From Octopus bimaculoides (Eukaryota): a DNA stretch of 40,275 bases. Location: NCBI RefSeq assembly GCF_001194135.2, contig NC_068983.1:149743869-149784143 (forward strand), written 5' to 3'. Made by a program: the position numbers and the translations under genes. This document shows positions 9,001 to 20,778 of the stretch, one piece after another. How positions within the stretch are numbered: position 1 is the first letter of the stretch; each line of letters begins with the position of its first letter. Below the pieces are notes generated by a model that was not told the origin of the DNA, ran no database searches, and was given only the letters and a program-made list of their open reading frames with translations.

Positions 9001-11118
9001 TTTCTCCGAAACTCAGTTTCTTTTAAGTAGGACCAACACCCTACCCCCGCCCCCCGGCCGACCTGGAGAAATGAATTTTTCGTAGCCTTTCAGGAGCGGG
9101 AGCAGATCTTTGGGCCCTTTTAACCGAGTTTCAGTAGCAACAATAACATCTAAACATTGTGACCTGACGTCATTTAGGAAACGCCCTTGTTTCCACCTCG
9201 ACGCCAGGCCACGCATATTTATGCCTCCTACGTGAACAGCCATAAGAAGACTTACCTTTTAGTCGGTGTCAGGAAGCGGAGGGGGGGGGACCTGCCTCCT
9301 CTTCTTTTTCCCAGGCTCGTGGCATCGGGGAGATGAGGCCCTCATATATATTTGTAGAAATGTCCAGTCTGCGAGGGCCAACATCTTTTCTAAAGTCATT
9401 TACCAAAATATTATAGTTCTTCCTATTTGTCTTGTAAATTTCTACACCTTTTTTATTTTCCGGTATTTCCTTTTTTTTTTGCGTGTATCGTTGCCAGACG
9501 GTTTATCAGATCTCTATTCGAGACGTGAACCGCTATGTAGCAGATTTCTTCTTCATTTTTCTTCTCTTGTTTCCTCGCTTTTTTTGTACTGGCGTGGCTC
9601 GCATTTTCCTTTTTCTTTTTCCGGGGAGTGTGGTTTCAATGTCCTCTTGTTCTGGACAAGAAGTCACCCTTCCCTTTCTTCTGTCATTGGTGTCGCTTGT
9701 GACGACGTCGCTGGTTCAATCTCTTCCTCAATCACTTCTTTCTTTTTTTCGGCTTCTTTCGGTTTGCGGTCTATCCTGAGGTGAACGTTCTTTCCACACT
9801 GGAAGCATCAAGGCTGGCGACCTTCTACCATCACTACCAGACGGGTCTCACCAACCTCGATGATTTCGGTTATTTCTTCCAGCGTGGACTGCTCTACCTG
9901 TATAATTAACCGCACACTTTGGCCGTGTCAGTTGCGTGGCTCCATCATGGCAGCGTCTAGAACTGTAATTTTTTCTTCCAGGCCCATCGTCACTGCTCCG
10001 ACGAGCCACTCTGGATCCACCACAGGGGGAATATTAGTGATATTGATTCTAGATGTCCTTCCTTCCATATATATGGGCAGAAGCACCACTTCCTATGTCT
10101 TCAAAGGGTTTACCGAATGGAGCCGAGCTTCTTCTTCCGACTCCATCTTGACCTCGACAGTTGCAAAACGTCTTCCTCTTGCTACATATTTTATCTTACT
10201 CCATATCGGCTTGAGGCATTTTTCTATTTCAGCTTCCACAACGTAGTCAATTTTTCTTTCCTTGACTTTGTATGTCTTGAAAATCAATGTTTTCTTTTCT
10301 AACTCTTGTTGAATGCTCTTTGGAGGAGCCACTTTGATTTCATGCCCTTCGCTTGTTAACAATTTTTTATGCTCTTCCATGTTGCTAAGGTTAATTTTTT
10401 AAACTTTCGCTCCCGCTGCAGAGGCGAAGTCAAGCTATTTCTCTGTTTTTTCCTTTCTCTCTTCTACTTTTTCTTTCGTTAATAGACTCGGTACATCGAC
10501 ATTCTTTCTCGAAGCTGACGGCTCCATTATTTTGTGTTCATGTGTACTATTCCTCCCCATTCGCGGTCTCTCTTCGTCTGAATCTTCGTGAAGACGTGAT
10601 TCTACAATCTTCTCAATGAGTTCCTCCACTTCGGATTCTTGCTTCTTCGGACCAGCCATAATGCTGGTTCCCCCGCACGGGGAAAAACAGCAATTGTTTT
10701 AACGAGTTAACAGCAACAACGTTCAATAAATATTCAACAATAACAAATATAACTTTTTAACAACCCACCTCTTCACAAACAGTAACAGAATCCAACAAGT
10801 ACCAAAAAAACTAATAACTCCAACTCACAAAATCCGAAGCGAACGTTTCGTTGATATCGCGAGCATTTTTCATGTTTTACGTCCTTTTTGAAGTTGAATA
10901 GCAAAATTGCTCGAATATTGCGCTTTGACAATTCCATTTCAGATGATTGTAATAACGGCGAAAAAAGTATCAATATTAATTTATTGATGCTTTTGGGCAA
11001 GTCTATGCCTGTATTATCAGACAATTGCAAAAAAATGTTAAAAAAATCCAAAACTCTGCAAAAATCCGCTACAAATTCTTCATTGTTCAAAACGTTGCTT
11101 ACTTTTTACTCAACCTGA
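6057..11118 (-). mobile_element. Mariner (Tc1/mariner) element, decayed and internally deleted, split by a LINE insertion at 6861-10841
   Basis: TIRs TA|tcagactgagtaaaaagtaagcaacgttttg (6057) and caaaacgttgcttactttttactcaacctga|TA (11118). Transposase ATG at 10937 (MELSKRNIRAILLFNFKK), HTH WFKRFRSGDLSLEDREHSGRP, WVPYDL, IVTYDEK, HDNIRPH, HPAYSPGLSPTYYHLF; stops, frameshifts and a deletion between DEK and HDN. Confidence 0.92.
6861..10841 (-). mobile_element. Tx1/L1-like non-LTR retrotransposon, decayed: 5' UTR, ORF1 (10659 to ~9270), ORF2 APE endonuclease plus start of RT (9243 to ~7680), then a second ORF1-like segment and a 3' end with AATAAA plus short poly(A)
   Basis: ORF1 with VMVEGRQP*CFQCGKNVH knuckle; ORF2 INMRGL...ATETRL, WTWSN, SYIDRIF, GLDGLPYELY, DNFRPITLL, KILAKVL; minus-strand aataaaaaaa at 6870-6861 abuts mariner sequence. 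Confidence 0.9.
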
Positions 11119-11799
11119 TACATCACCCGAATTGAGTAGTTATTTTCGCTGGTGTGTACATCTAATCGAGTTTAAGTATATATGCATGGTTGTTTGATAT
11201 GTATTTAAGTTCTTTGAAGAAATTTAGATCCACGTTAACATTCATTTTGTTTGTATCTTGTCATTAGATGTTACAGTATTCTTGTGTGTACTGGTGTATC
11301 ATGAAAAGACAAACGACTTTCAGTTGTTATACATGTTGTTGATATTGGCTGCAACTATCGTGGTAAAAGAAACTCCGTCCTGTGAAACATACAGAATATT
11401 TTGAAGGATCTTTTTACATCTTAAAGTTGGGCCGATGTTAAACTCGTCCTACTCTCTGGAGAGTTCCTCCTCTTCCTCCTCCTCCTCCTTGTCGTCATCG
11501 TCGTAGTCGTCGTTGTAATCATCATCATCATTAGCTGACAGAGAAGAGTACCGCCAATACCACCAACAAAGGAAAACCTCAGAATATTGCTCTGTCAAGT
11601 AAACATAAACACGATTATATACCTGCGTGCACACACATTCTCCTATTCAAATGTATCTCAGCTTTCCCCCGCGTCACATGAGCTCTCCTTTGCGACTCTT
11701 CATATAAAAAACTAGGAAGTGGATGCGGAACCACGGCAAGTCGTGGGGATAAAGAGAAAAAGATTACCAATGATCACTACCCCTTAAAAAAATAGAGAA

Positions 11800-12650
11800 G
11801 TCGGCTCCCCCTCCCTCTAACAAATGATCGAGCATTTGTTAGATAAGTGGTTAAGGATAATGTCCACAATTTTGTTAGTCGAATATACAGAATACAAGTT
11901 TCTGATCTGCACAGTCAACAAAGACAGGACATTCAGGTAAGGACACTGAACGTGATTCTCTTTAAAGAAAACTATTAAAAAAAGTTGAATTGGGTGTAGT
12001 AAAGAAGAAGCGGTAGAGAAGAATAGGTTATAAGGGGCACTAGTCATCAAATTACAGGTGGTGACTAGACAAGGCCTATAACGGCTGTAAATGACAGCAG
12101 TGAAAATGTCATCGACTTTCATCTCCGCGAAACACGACGTTTGCAAGTCAGACCTAAGTCATCCAAGATACGAAAAAATAAGAGTCGTTTAATTGGTCTG
12201 CGTAGCAAAAATGCTATGCAGAAACAAAACCACCGTTAGGTCATTGACAGGCCGTAATGGTCTTACTATTCGATTCCGTGCAAGTGTGTGCAGTTTTTCA
12301 ACCGAAGTTTGTCGGACCGGGTGTTGTGGAGGATGGGAGGCAGTTGATTTTAATGTATATATCGAAAACCAGCCTCAGCTCTCGTTGGAAGTAAAATGCT
12401 GCAACTCCCCCGTTAACTCTTCCGTTAATGGCAAGATGTTGTGTAAAGTAAATCGACGTACGTGGATGGTATGCCATACAGGTTTTATGGATACATACTA
12501 TACAAGAGCATCCCTCACAATTGGAAGCAGGCTTGGAACATTCCAAGCTGTGTTGTTAGCTGGGAAGTGGTGGGACTGCTGAGAAAGGACGTGAACAAAG
12601 AAGGTATTAACAATTTCCGTGGCCAAAGTGTTTGCACAGATGTTCATGCT
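11800..12650 (+). mobile_element. Old Tx1/L1-like ORF2 relic (end of endonuclease, linker, start of RT)
   Basis: CPQF.LVEYTEYKFLICTVNKDR aligns with CPQYHLVSYSNHKIVTCKLYLDR of the 8600 region; DGMPYRFY...NWKQAWNIP...VVGLLRKDVNKEGINNFR...AKVF aligns with the RT start at 7700-7900. Confidence 0.7.
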
Positions 12651-12699
12651 TGTCACCAGTTGCGTAACCCTGTGCGATTTCTGGCTGATCTACCCACTA

Positions 12700-13402
12700 C
12701 AGTCTTTTATTTATATAATTCAACAATAGAATGTGTGGGAAGAGGGTTGAAAGCGTGATTCACATTGTTAGTGCTTGTGAAAGTCTTGCGCAGAAAGAGT
12801 ACAAGCGCAGACACGACAAGGTAGCCCAAGACCTTCCACTGGCTACTCTGCCGGAAGTATGGTTACGAGGTAACGTGTGCTTGGTACCAACATACACTGG
12901 AAAAGGTAATGGACGAGAAAGGGAAGGCAAACATTCTCTGGGATTTTGGCTTCTAGACAGACAAGGTATTAGAGCTCCGAAGGCCGGATATAGTAACCTT
13001 TTGGAGGGACAAACAAGAGTGCCTAATAATTGTCGTGGCAGTGCCTGGAGATCAACATACTATCATGAAAGAAAGAGAAAAGACTGATAAATATGGAGAC
13101 TTGAGAACTGAGATCGTTAAGATGTAGCAGCTACGAGAGTCAAGCATAAAGGTTATCCCTATTGTCATCGGAGCATTGGGTTCAATACCACCCAATCTGA
13201 AAAAAAAACATCTGAAAACTTTAGAAATACCCTACAATCTAGGTGTATTGCAAAAGTCAGCATTACTTGCAACTGCCCGCATATTGCGTAAAGTACTGTC
13301 TGTCTGAGGTCCTTGTTGTGACTTGATAAACAGTACAAACCATCGGTAGACACAATATCTTCAATCAACAACCTCATGATATTGTATACTGTGCGACGTC
13401 TA
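12700..13402 (+). mobile_element. 3' end of a Dong/R4-clade LINE (CCHC finger plus restriction-like endonuclease), 5'-truncated
   Basis: RMCGKRVESVIHIVSAC, YKRRHDKVA, WY.H, ILWDF, RPDIV (12981-12995), EKTDKY..L, PIVIGALGS, QKSALLATARILRKVL*, stop at 13305-13307, then short 3' UTR into (AAT)n. Confidence 0.85.
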
Positions 13403-13409
13403 TAATAAC

Positions 13410-13486
<77 letters not shown>

Positions 13487-13509
13487 TGATGATGATGATG
13501 ATGATAATG

Positions 13510-13582
<73 letters not shown>

Positions 13583-13610
13583 TAATAATAATAATAATAA
13601 TTATAATAAT
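13403..13610. repeat. (AAT)n microsatellite with a (GAT)n interruption
   Basis: Direct reading of sequence. Confidence 0.98.
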
Positions 13611-13745
13611 AAAGATCTGAACAGATGGATAGAGGAAATAGGCATAAAACCCAGTTTAGCACAGCTGCAGAAAACAGTGTTATTAGGGACAGCTAGGATA
13701 CTTAGGAGGTTTCTTGGCATCTAAGGTTAATTGTACTTCGATGTT
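13611..13745 (+). mobile_element. Very short 3' end of a second Dong/R4-clade LINE
   Basis: KDLNRWIEEIGIKPSLAQLQKTVLLGTARILRRFLGI* (stop 13722-13724), homologous to the C-terminus at 13200-13307; starts exactly at the end of (AAT)n. Confidence 0.8.
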
Positions 13746-13829
13746 AGGATTTTTTTCTTTTCCAACAGTCTAATCTGTTGTGTGTATATGAAAATAATAA
13801 TATTGATAATAATAATACTTAATGAAAGT

Positions 13830-15190
13830 ATCAAATACTGGAATACAGAATTTATCGGAGGAAGACTCGGAAAAGTGAACACCAGACGTGGAATACTCCA
13901 AGGTGTATTTTCATTACTATTCGTATTGGCTATGACGCCGCTCACTATAATACCAAGAAAAGTTTAAATTGCTTACGATTTGGGAAAAGGAAATGGTCAG
14001 ATAAATCATATTTCCATGGATGATATAAAGGTTTATGCGAAAAATGAGAAACAGCTTGAAAGACTTGCACACACTATCCGCATTTTCTCAAATGACGTAG
14101 GTACAGAATTTGGCATAGAAAAGTGCCCTGTTTTGTAAATGAAACGAAGAAGATTTGAAAGAAGCCAAGGGAATTGAAATGCCAAAAGAGCAAACAATGA
14201 GAGCGGTTGAGAAAGGACAATTGTATAGGTACTTGGGAATACTGGAAGCAGACGAGATAAAAAAAAATGAAGAAATGAAACAAACTACTAGTAGGGAGTA
14301 CACAAGGAGGGTATGAAAGTTATTGCAGTCAAAGCTGAATTAAAAAAAAAACTCTTATTGAAGCAATAAATTCAAGATCAGTGCCTTTAATCAGATATGG
14401 AGTTGAAACGATATAAAGAAACTTGACATGAAAACTAGGAAGTTGTTGACGATGTATGGAGCCCACAATCCGAAAGCTGATATCAACCGGCTGTACTTGA
14501 GAAGAGACCAGGGTGGAAGAGGCTTAACAGCAGTAGAAGAATGTGTACAGATAGAAAGTAAAGGTCTAGTAGAGTATTTACAGAGCAGCACAGAAAAACT
14601 CTAAAGACAGTAAATAAAGAACAGGTGATGAAGCACGTGATAGGAGAAAAGGACAAGAATGAAATACAAAGAGAGCACGTCGGACAGCTCGAAGAGAAAT
14701 CTCTGCATAGCCAATTTTGGAGAGTCATCGAAGACGTATGGGCTTGGTTAAAAAGAGGCAAAAAAAAAAAAAAAAAAGAAGCAGAGAGCTTAATTGTAGC
14801 AGAGAGCTTAATTTTATCAAACGATAAAAACAAACAGCTTGAGAAAAAATATATGTGAAGAGAATGTGTCAGAAAAATGTAGAGCCTGTGGAACGAGACA
14901 ATGGCACATATTGTGAGAAAATGTCTCAAGTTGGCACAGGAAGAATACAAGAAATGGAGACACGATCAAGCTGCAAAAGTTTTACACTGGAAACTGTGAC
15001 AGAAATGGTTATTCGAAGCTGGAAACGAATGGTACAGTCATCGAGTCGAAAGCGTACTAGAGTCGAAGAAATGTAAGATTTTGTAGGATTTCCCAATTCA
15101 AACGGAGATGTAGTTAGAAAATAATAGACCGTATTTTACAATCATAGATAAGGAAAAGCGAAGTTGCTTACTTATCGAACCATCATGCTC
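13830..15190 (+). mobile_element. Dong/R4-clade LINE fragment, RT motifs 4-7 to CCHC/REL start, decayed
   Basis: RRGILQG..SLLFVLAMTPL, INH..MDDIKVYAK, FGIEKC, YRYLGILE, INRLYL.RDQGGRGL, CRACG, RHDQAAKVLHW, DFPIQT, NNRP; many stops and frameshifts. Confidence 0.85.
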
Positions 15191-15606
15191 TTATTCAGGG
15201 ACCTTTTGAGTGGGACGAGCTACAGCTACTAGACCTGAATAAAATTCTAACCGGGTGCCACCTGCTAGATCACGCACTGTTTAATGTTGCGCACATATGT
15301 TTGTGACGCATGTGTCTGGTGTACTCTTATCAGACGGGTAGTCATGATGGGTATATTGGACTTCGTATATTAATACCTCAGTGTAACTTGCAAGGCATCT
15401 TTTTTCAAAAGCAAACAAGCAAACACGGATAAGAGAGAGCTATGCAAATGTCTTGAAGAACAAACCGAAACACAAGAAAAGAGGGGGAGAGTGGGGAAAG
15501 GAGAGAAAAAAGAGGGAATGAAAGAGATATAAAGAAAGAGTGAGAAAGGGAGAGAAGGAGAGAGAGAGTGAGAAAGAGAGAGTTTGTATCTGTGCGTGCG
15601 TGGGTA

Positions 15607-15911
15607 TACTCTTTTACTCTTTTACTTGTTTCAGTCATTTGACTGCGGCCATGCTGGAGCACCGCCTTTAGTCGAGCAAATCGACCCCAGGACTTATTCT
15701 TTGGGAGCCTAGTACTTATTCTATCGGTCACTTTTGCCGAACCGCTAAGTTACGGGGACGTAAACACACCAGCATCGGTTGTCAAGCGATGTTGGGGGGA
15801 CAAGCACAGACACACAAACACATACACACATACATATATATACACATATATACGACGGGCTTCTTTCCACTCACAAGGCTTTGGTCGGCCCGAGGCTATA
15901 GTAGAAGACAC
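15607..15911 (-). mobile_element. Main tRNA-derived SINE, runs into gap
   Basis: Same consensus as 4921-5146 and 29612-30000. Confidence 0.9.
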
Positions 15912-16601
15912 NNNNNNNNNNNNNNNNNNNNNNNNNNNNNNNNNNNNNNNNNNNNNNNNNNNNNNNNNNNNNNNNNNNNNNNNNNNNNNNNNNNNNNNNN
16001 NNNNNNNNNNNNNNNNNNNNNNNNNNNNNNNNNNNNNNNNNNNNNNNNNNNNNNNNNNNNNNNNNNNNNNNNNNNNNNNNNNNNNNNNNNNNNNNNNNNN
16101 NNNNNNNNNNNNNNNNNNNNNNNNNNNNNNNNNNNNNNNNNNNNNNNNNNNNNNNNNNNNNNNNNNNNNNNNNNNNNNNNNNNNNNNNNNNNNNNNNNNN
16201 NNNNNNNNNNNNNNNNNNNNNNNNNNNNNNNNNNNNNNNNNNNNNNNNNNNNNNNNNNNNNNNNNNNNNNNNNNNNNNNNNNNNNNNNNNNNNNNNNNNN
16301 NNNNNNNNNNNNNNNNNNNNNNNNNNNNNNNNNNNNNNNNNNNNNNNNNNNNNNNNNNNNNNNNNNNNNNNNNNNNNNNNNNNNNNNNNNNNNNNNNNNN
16401 NNNNNNNNNNNNNNNNNNNNNNNNNNNNNNNNNNNNNNNNNNNNNNNNNNNNNNNNNNNNNNNNNNNNNNNNNNNNNNNNNNNNNNNNNNNNNNNNNNNN
16501 NNNNNNNNNNNNNNNNNNNNNNNNNNNNNNNNNNNNNNNNNNNNNNNNNNNNNNNNNNNNNNNNNNNNNNNNNNNNNNNNNNNNNNNNNNNNNNNNNNNN
16601 N

Positions 16602-16633
<32 letters not shown>

Positions 16634-16760
16634 CCATCCTCATCATCATCATCCTCATCATCATCATCATCATCATCCTCATCCTCATCCTCATCCTCAT
16701 CATCATCATCATCAACGACAACAATCACTACAACTACATCATCATCATCATCATCATCAT
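16602..16760. repeat. (CAT/CCT)n microsatellite
   Basis: Direct reading; source of the poly-His/Met/Asp ORFs in the track. Confidence 0.95.
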
Positions 16761-17134
16761 ATTAGGCATGTCATTGCCATCGGCGGTATCACATTATTTA
16801 TTGTTATTGAAACTACAGCAATTTCCTCTCAGCCGGTCAAACGACAACTGTTGCATCTTTGAATATTGGTGAGTGTTGCTTTACATAGATATCCTGGGCT
16901 GCTCTGTGAAATAGGATACAACAACAACAACAACAACAACATGCAAACCACAAGTTGATAAAATAACAGACATTCGCGGAGAGGATCCGTGTTTTAAAAG
17001 CATTCCTTCCAACTGATTAAATATTGAGAAACGTTAAAGAAAAAAAAATCAATGAAACACAAAAGAAAACAAAAAACTAAGCAACTATTATATTTTATAA
17101 CTTGAGACGTTTCAAGATTGTGTGCCTCCCCGCC

Positions 17135-17282
17135 CTCACTCACATACATACATATAATCATACACATATACTCACACACATACACACATACACACACACA
17201 CACACATATGCACACACACATACGCACATATACTCACACACACATATACTCACACACACATATACTCACATACACATATGTG

Positions 17283-17332
<50 letters not shown>

Positions 17333-17345
17333 CTTTCAAACACAC
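17135..17345. repeat. Compound (CA)/(TA) microsatellite
   Basis: Direct reading. Confidence 0.9.
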
Positions 17346-17755
17346 ACGCATACACAGTCGGGAAGCATTTTGTATAAACTATCAATTCGACGTTTCAATC
17401 GATGAATATTCACGCAGTCAATATACAATACTAAAAAAAATTAAAACGCATGCATAGACACACACGAACACATGCATAGACACACACGAACACACGCATG
17501 CACGTACACGTACAAGTACACACGCACGCACACACACACCCGTACATACACCCACGTGTAGATATCCGCGAGGCATACGTAATAATTTTACAAGGAAACA
17601 TCGATGACACAGGTGAAACTTCAGAAGCTTCTTAACTCGGCGCTTCCCCATCGGAAATGACAGAATCATTATCGTTTGAAGGGGGCCGCAAGAGGAACAC
17701 GCCTAATATCAAGAAGAAAAGACAAGAGAAGAATAAATAGAACAAGCTAGAGACA

Positions 17756-17757
<2 letters not shown>

Positions 17758-17818
<61 letters not shown>

Positions 17819-17823
17819 GTCTA

Positions 17824-17902
<79 letters not shown>

Positions 17903-17910
17903 GTCTATCT
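17758..17910. repeat. (ATCT)n/(GTCT)n microsatellite next to gap
   Basis: Direct reading; a similar (ATCT)n tract lies at ~19540-19615. Confidence 0.95.
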
Positions 17911-18613
17911 NNNNNNNNNNNNNNNNNNNNNNNNNNNNNNNNNNNNNNNNNNNNNNNNNNNNNNNNNNNNNNNNNNNNNNNNNNNNNNNNNNNNNNNNNN
18001 NNNNNNNNNNNNNNNNNNNNNNNNNNNNNNNNNNNNNNNNNNNNNNNNNNNNNNNNNNNNNNNNNNNNNNNNNNNNNNNNNNNNNNNNNNNNNNNNNNNN
18101 NNNNNNNNNNNNNNNNNNNNNNNNNNNNNNNNNNNNNNNNNNNNNNNNNNNNNNNNNNNNNNNNNNNNNNNNNNNNNNNNNNNNNNNNNNNNNNNNNNNN
18201 NNNNNNNNNNNNNNNNNNNNNNNNNNNNNNNNNNNNNNNNNNNNNNNNNNNNNNNNNNNNNNNNNNNNNNNNNNNNNNNNNNNNNNNNNNNNNNNNNNNN
18301 NNNNNNNNNNNNNNNNNNNNNNNNNNNNNNNNNNNNNNNNNNNNNNNNNNNNNNNNNNNNNNNNNNNNNNNNNNNNNNNNNNNNNNNNNNNNNNNNNNNN
18401 NNNNNNNNNNNNNNNNNNNNNNNNNNNNNNNNNNNNNNNNNNNNNNNNNNNNNNNNNNNNNNNNNNNNNNNNNNNNNNNNNNNNNNNNNNNNNNNNNNNN
18501 NNNNNNNNNNNNNNNNNNNNNNNNNNNNNNNNNNNNNNNNNNNNNNNNNNNNNNNNNNNNNNNNNNNNNNNNNNNNNNNNNNNNNNNNNNNNNNNNNNNN
18601 NNNNNNNNNNNNN

Positions 18614-18956
18614 TTCATTTTCTTTTTTTTTTCTTCGTTTTATTTGCTTTTTTCTTTTTAAATTTGCTGTTTTACCCTAACAACCCTAACCCTAACTCTA
18701 ACCCTATCACCGATAGAATTGTTTCAGAATCGTTTGTTTATGTAGTCGGCACTTAATGTATATCGGCTGAATGGACATCAGTGATTGGTTGAAATTACAG
18801 AAATACGACAACTTTAACATGGAATAACTTAGGGATTTCTTTTTTTTTAAAGAAGACTAAGAGAAAAAGATGTTTTATATGACACATTCTACCAGTGTTC
18901 CAAGTTTCAAAGTGTTTCGTTATTGAAAAATGTGGCCCCCGTTTTAAAAAAGATCC
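18614..18956. mobile_element. Diverged right arm of the same foldback family as 4489-5885
   Basis: taaccc repeats, then gattggttgaaattac.gaaatacgacaactttaaca...aaaagatgtt.tatatgacacattctaccagt...aagtttcaaagtgttt...aaaagatcc, matching 5531-5885; partner arm not visible (gap 17911-18613). Confidence 0.8.
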
Positions 18957-19022
18957 GCGTCATGTTACGTTTATGTATTTGTTTTGCAAGATTCCTGATA
19001 TGAAATCGTGTGCTGAAACATA

Positions 19023-19299
19023 TTGTTATATTTCGGGATGATCATTTTGTGTTCTTTTGCCTAATAAACACACGCCGTATACATTCGCCCTTCTTCAGCA
19101 TTATTATTGTTCTTATTTCGTGCCCTTTGTCTTAAATAATTCGTCACTCATCCTGTGACCTCTTCAATGTGTGACGAAAGATTTAAGACGAAGGACACAG
19201 AAACAAGTCCAATAATAAAGCTGAAGTGACGAACGAATATATAGTGCGTGTGTTTATTTGGCAAAAAAAAAAAAAAATTACCATCCCGAAGTATAACAA
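19023..19299. mobile_element. Tc1/mariner-type MITE with ~100-bp imperfect inverted arms
   Basis: TA|ttgttatatttcgggatg...gcctaataaacacacg (left) versus cgtgtgtttatttggc...catcccgaagtataacaa|TA (right); TA duplication at 19021-19022 and 19300-19301. Confidence 0.8.
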
Positions 19300-19538
19300 T
19301 ATAATAAGCATCATGGTTTCCGTTATACACAGATATATCAAAAGTAAATAGACATCATCAATTCTAGGATTCATTTCTAGACACAAAAATAATGTCTGAC
19401 ATTGATGCATTTAAACCTAGAACTTAGTAGGCATGCCGTGTGCACAATACATCAACAAGTTTGAAGTACTACATAGTATTTGTAGAGATAAAACGGTAAG
19501 ATGAGGCCGTGTCTATTTACTTTTGAGATGTCTCTATG

Positions 19539-19609
<71 letters not shown>

Positions 19610-19879
19610 CTATCTCTTTCTATCCCCCTCTCTCTCGATATATATANNNNNNNNNNNNNNNNNNNNNNNNNNNNNNNNNNNNNNNNNNNNNNNNNNNNNN
19701 NNNNNNNNNNNNNNNNNNNNNNNNNNNNNNNNNNNNNNNNNNNNNNNNNNNNNNNNNNNNNNNNNNNNNNNNNNNNNNNNNNNNNNNNNNNNNNNNNNNN
19801 NNNNNNNNNNNNNNNNNNNNNNNNNNNNNNNNNNNATATATATATATATATATAAATGTGTGTATATATTAAGGGGTAT

Positions 19880-20560
19880 GGGTTTATATGTATGGTGTTA
19901 TGTTGTTGAATTAAGCTGGTTATTAGCAAAGTGTCTAGGCTTTTGTTGCAGTCAGGATCTTTTGAAGCTGTATGAGTATATGTGCAACATTTATTCTAAC
20001 CAAACTGAAACCCTATATTCCTTGAGAATGTTTTAACTTGGTCAAGGATCTTTTTTTTATCTCATGCATATTCTTGGTATACAGTTTCAAGTCATCCACA
20101 AAGAAACAGTGTGTAATTTTGGTATTTCTGTCCCCTTGTGAACCAGTGTGCTACCCTTCAGATTTCCTTAACTTGAATGATAAGACGTTTACAGAAAGTA
20201 TGAACAGCGAGGCTGCCCCCTTAGAATATGCCTCTGCGATACTGTATTCTATCAGCAATAATACCACCACTCCTTGTATTTAACTTGAAGATGGTGACGT
20301 ACGATGAAGCCAGATCAGCTATGGCTTTGACTATGGTTACTGGAACTTTAGCAAGTCAAAGGGCTTCTGCCACCCATGAAAGGGGGACAGAATCAAAAGT
20401 TTACTTGTAGTCCAGCCACAGTGAAACAAAGTTCTTTCTATGTTCCCGCACCTCTGATATTACAGTTTTGTTTATTAACAATTGCTTGGCACATCCCATC
20501 TGCTTGTTCAACTGTGATGTGTTATTACTTTCACAGTGTTCTTGGAGAAAGAGGTTTAAA
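19880..20560 (-). mobile_element. Dong/R4-clade LINE RT fragment
   Basis: Minus-strand GCAKQLLINK, WLDYK*TFDSVPLSW, RRGIF*GGSL, ITHCFFVDDLKLY, IGFQFG*NKC. Confidence 0.85.
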
Positions 20561-20729
20561 CATGCTCTATATATTTTATTTATGTATGTATGTATAGGAA
20601 GAGTAGTCTCGATTCGGCCTGGATTGTGTCTAAACAACATTTTGCTTTTGTACTTACACATACATACATAAATACATACATACATGTATGCATACATACA
20701 TACATGTATACATGTGCACAAGTGTGTGT

Positions 20730-20778
<49 letters not shown>

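Noticed and set aside
11449-11634. Minus-strand acidic ORF (DDDD...EEEE) with an upstream AG acceptor
   Set aside because: Explained by a degenerate trinucleotide repeat; no recognisable domain and no supported partner exon.
13403-13745. CRISPR-like or prokaryotic repeat-spacer systems anywhere in the window
   Set aside because: No regularly spaced repeats with unique spacers, no cas-like ORFs; the sequence is eukaryotic.
13165-17405. Poly-Tyr, poly-His, poly-Met/Asp and HT/CV-repeat ORFs, and all X-filled ORFs across gaps
   Set aside because: Translations of microsatellites or of N runs; not genes.
17580-17760. Coding-looking stretch (GNIDDTGETSEAS*...KKKRQEKNK)
   Set aside because: In-frame stop, no homology recognised and no consistent splice sites.
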